The notes beneath the pieces are model-generated. The model ran no database searches and was not told where the DNA came from. It saw only the letters and a list, made by a program, of their open reading frames with translations. Of a stretch of DNA of 64,000 nucleotides, positions 61,457 through 64,000 are shown in pieces. The position numbers and the translations under genes are program-made. Source of the DNA: an uncultured delta proteobacterium (lineage in GTDB: Bacteria > Desulfobacterota > Desulfuromonadia > Geobacterales > DSM-12255). The stretch spans positions 128,001 to 192,000 of the forward strand of contig CAWBBV010000011.1 in the NCBI GenBank assembly GCA_963787125.1, written 5' to 3'. Position 1 is the stretch's first letter, and every line of letters begins with the position of its first letter.

Positions 61457-62525
61457 TTAGCCCGCTTCAGACTGGGCTTTAAGCGCCTCCATCTGGTAAA
61501 AAGCCCTGAGAGCATCGGCAATCTCGCCGATCTCCGCCGGCCATGATCATATCAAGCTTGTAGAGTGTCAGCCCGATCCGGTGATCCGTCATCCTCCCCT
61601 GGGGGAAGTTGTACGTACGGATCCGCTCGCTCCTGTCACCACTGCCTACCTGCTGCTTCCGTTCGGCAGCCATGCGACTGCTCTGCTCCTGCACCATATT
61701 ATCAAGGATTCTGGTTTTGAGAACCTTCATCGCCTTGGCACGGTTCTTAATCTGACTCCGCTCTTCCTGACAGGCAACCACAGTTCCGGTCGGAAGATGG
61801 GTAATCCTGACGGCAGAATCGGTCGTGTTGACATGCTGGCCGCCAGCACCGGACGATCGGTAGACATCGATCTTCAGGTCATCCGGGCGGATGTCAATGT
61901 CCATGTCTTCCGCCTCGGCCATGATCGCCACAGTACAGGCACTGGTGTGAATCCGCCCCTGCGCTTCGGTCTCCGGAACCCGTTGCACCCGGTGGGTGCC
62001 GGATTCGTACTTCAGCTTGGCATAAACATCAACCCCTTCGATGGAGGCGATGACCTCTTTATAACCGCCCCGCTCAGACTCTGAGCAAGAGAGCATCTCC
62101 ACTTTCCAACGATTCTTTTCGGCAAAACGGGAATACATTCTGAAGAGATCACCTGAAAACAGGGCCGACTCATCACCCCCAGTGCCGGCACGGATTTCCA
62201 GAATAACGTTGCGGCTGTCATTTGGATCTTTGGGGAGCAGAAGCAGCTTTATCTCGTCATCAAGCCGAATTTTCTCCTCTTCCAGAGACTTGAGCTCCTC
62301 TTCCGCCATCTCCTTCATGTCGGAGTCAGAAAGCATTTCCCGGTTTTCATCAATCTCGTTAATAACTTTTCTGTATCTGCGGTAGGCATCAACAAGCGGG
62401 GCGAGATCAGAATGTTCTCTGGAAAATTTCCTGAATTCCGGCTGATTGGCTATTACAATCGGATCGGATAAGAGCGCTTCCAGTTCCTGATAACGCCGCT
62501 CAAGTTCTTCAATTTTGTCGAGCAT
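61457..62525 (-). CDS. prfA: Peptide chain release factor 1, with an apparent 1-nt insertion near the 3' end
   Basis: [22 protein letters not shown]; the canonical C-terminus lies in a shifted frame ending at 61457. Confidence 0.95.
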
Positions 62526-62539
62526 CTATTTAAGTTCCT

Positions 62540-63451
62540 TTAAATTACCAACCGGTCATCCCTGTACCCGGCGTTTACCGCCAGTGCCTCTTCCATGGAG
62601 CGGATAGCAACTTCGAGCTGGCTGTCGTCCGGCTCTCTGGTGGTGAGTTTTTGCAGAGCAAGACCCGGAGTAATAATGAGTTTAACCAGTGGCGACTGAT
62701 CGTTTTTAGCGCTCCACTTGAGGAATTCGTAGGAGATTCCGGCAATGAGCGGCAGGAAAACTACCCGTGAAGCAGCCTTCAGATAGAATGGCCAGAGTTT
62801 GGGGATAAGCGAGAAAACAACGATACTCACAACCATGACGATCAGGAGAAAACTTGTACCGCAACGAGGGTGCAGGCAGCTGTACTTGCGCACATTCTCT
62901 ACGGTCAGCGCTTCGCCGGCTTCGAAGGCAAAGATCGATTTGTGCTCTGCACCGTGATACTGAAAAACCCGCTGAATATCCTTCATGCGGGAGATCAGCC
63001 AGATGTAGAGAAGAAAAACCAGTACCCGGATCACGCCATCAACAAGATTGAAGATAATATTCGAATCCCCGATCACCGGTGTCATCAATTTTGTCAGATA
63101 AAGCGGCATGATGAAAAAAAGCAGAATCCCGAAACCAAAAGCAAATGCCATTGTGCCGGCCATCGCCCAGGGAGAAAGCTCCTGCTTCGCCTCACCCTCC
63201 TCCTCAACCATCGCTTCATTGGCTGAAAAATTCAGGGCTGTCACCCCCATGACAAGGGAGTGAAAAAGCGCCACGGCACCACGGATAATCGGCAGCTTTA
63301 CCAAGGGAAATCTTTCCGAAAGAGGGATCATCTCCTGCTTTTTAACAACAATCTCACCGGTGGGACGCCGGACCGCTATCGCCATTGCGCGAGGAGCACG
63401 CATCATGACGCCTTCAATGACTGCCTGGCCACCGACATTAATCTTTTCCAT
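62540..63451 (-). CDS. DUF1385 membrane protein
   Basis: GGQAVIEGVMM, YHGAEHK, HPRCGTSF, TTREP. Confidence 0.92.
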   Translation of the reverse strand: MEKINVGGQAVIEGVMMRAPRAMAIAVRRPTGEIVVKKQEMIPLSERFPLVKLPIIRGAVALFHSLVMGVTALNFSANEAMVEEEGEAKQELSPWAMAGTMAFAFGFGILLFFIMPLYLTKLMTPVIGDSNIIFNLVDGVIRVLVFLLYIWLISRMKDIQRVFQYHGAEHKSIFAFEAGEALTVENVRKYSCLHPRCGTSFLLIVMVVSIVVFSLIPKLWPFYLKAASRVVFLPLIAGISYEFLKWSAKNDQSPLVKLIITPGLALQKLTTREPDDSQLEVAIRSMEEALAVNAGYRDDRLVI

Positions 63452-63481
63452 GTTTTCTCCGAAAGGGGTGCTCTGGGACGA

Positions 63482-64000
63482 TCAATTGATTGGGCTAAGA
63501 GCGCTGAAGCGCTCACGGACTTCCCGCATATGTCCACACGTCATGGACCCTTCCGGACAGCCGCCGGAGACGCAGCCAGGACCGGCAGAGCTGAAGATGA
63601 CCGGCGCCGCAGGTTTTACCAGCCGCAGCATTTCAATGGCCAGTGCTCTTATTTCCCACTGGGCACGCTCACAGCAGCGAAGTTCAAAAAAGTGCAACAG
63701 TTCGCGGGCATTCATGGTGACGATAATTTTTGTCTCAGCCGCATTCGGAAGAACAAACCTGGCATCTTCGGCAGGAACGCCGTCTTCAACCAGCTCCCGG
63801 TAAACTTCTGCCGCCGCCTTGACAGCCCGGTTAAAGAGCTCGCTCCGTTTTGGCGACAACGAGATGCTTTCCGGGATTACCAGCGGGAAATCGTCACCTT
63901 TAAAGGTCACATACCGCTGTGACTGCTGGGAATAGGACGCCAGACGATGCCGTACCAGCTGGTGTGAACAGGCTCTCGATATCCCTTCAACCCCGAAGGT
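63482..64000 (-). CDS. thyX: FAD-dependent thymidylate synthase, 5' partial
   Basis: SRACSHQLVRHRLASYSQQSQRY, EDARFVLP, AQWEIR. Confidence 0.95.
   Translation of the reverse strand, partial: TFGVEGISRACSHQLVRHRLASYSQQSQRYVTFKGDDFPLVIPESISLSPKRSELFNRAVKAAAEVYRELVEDGVPAEDARFVLPNAAETKIIVTMNARELLHFFELRCCERAQWEIRALAIEMLRLVKPAAPVIFSSAGPGCVSGGCPEGSMTCGHMREVRERFSALSPIN

Overview
Bacterial chromosomal window that looks like a Geobacteraceae/Desulfuromonadales deltaproteobacterium (inferred from c7-type multiheme cytochromes, heme-motif sensor kinases and gene order). Most of it is housekeeping: coaBC, glgC, lpdA, aconitase, mltG, def-fmt, and thyX-prfA-prmC-murA-hisG-hisD. There are three accessory zones. 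(1) 19-30 kb: a TetR/MFP/RND/TolC efflux operon interleaved with unrelated genes and a RelBE-type toxin-antitoxin (TA) pair. (2) 32.9-41.6 kb: a defence-like island with two TA pairs, split dinD remnants, an RtcR/CARF-like sigma-54 activator interrupted by an intact IS21 (5-bp target duplication), and an ABC-ATPase + TOPRIM-like gene pair. (3) 46.7-57.4 kb: a sigma-54-controlled respiratory locus with a heme-motif histidine kinase, an NtrC-type regulator, three paralogous small membrane proteins, an unannotated HmcD-like microprotein, a 16-bp tandem repeat, a pentaheme cytochrome, a Tat Fe-S protein, an NrfD-type protein, a nonaheme c7 cytochrome and a kinase-less copy of the sensor domain. 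Also seen: a dispersed ~83-bp palindromic intergenic element in 2-3 copies and a one-base frameshift near the 3' end of prfA. No rRNA, tRNA or CRISPR array was seen. All family assignments come from motif recognition by eye; no database searches were run.
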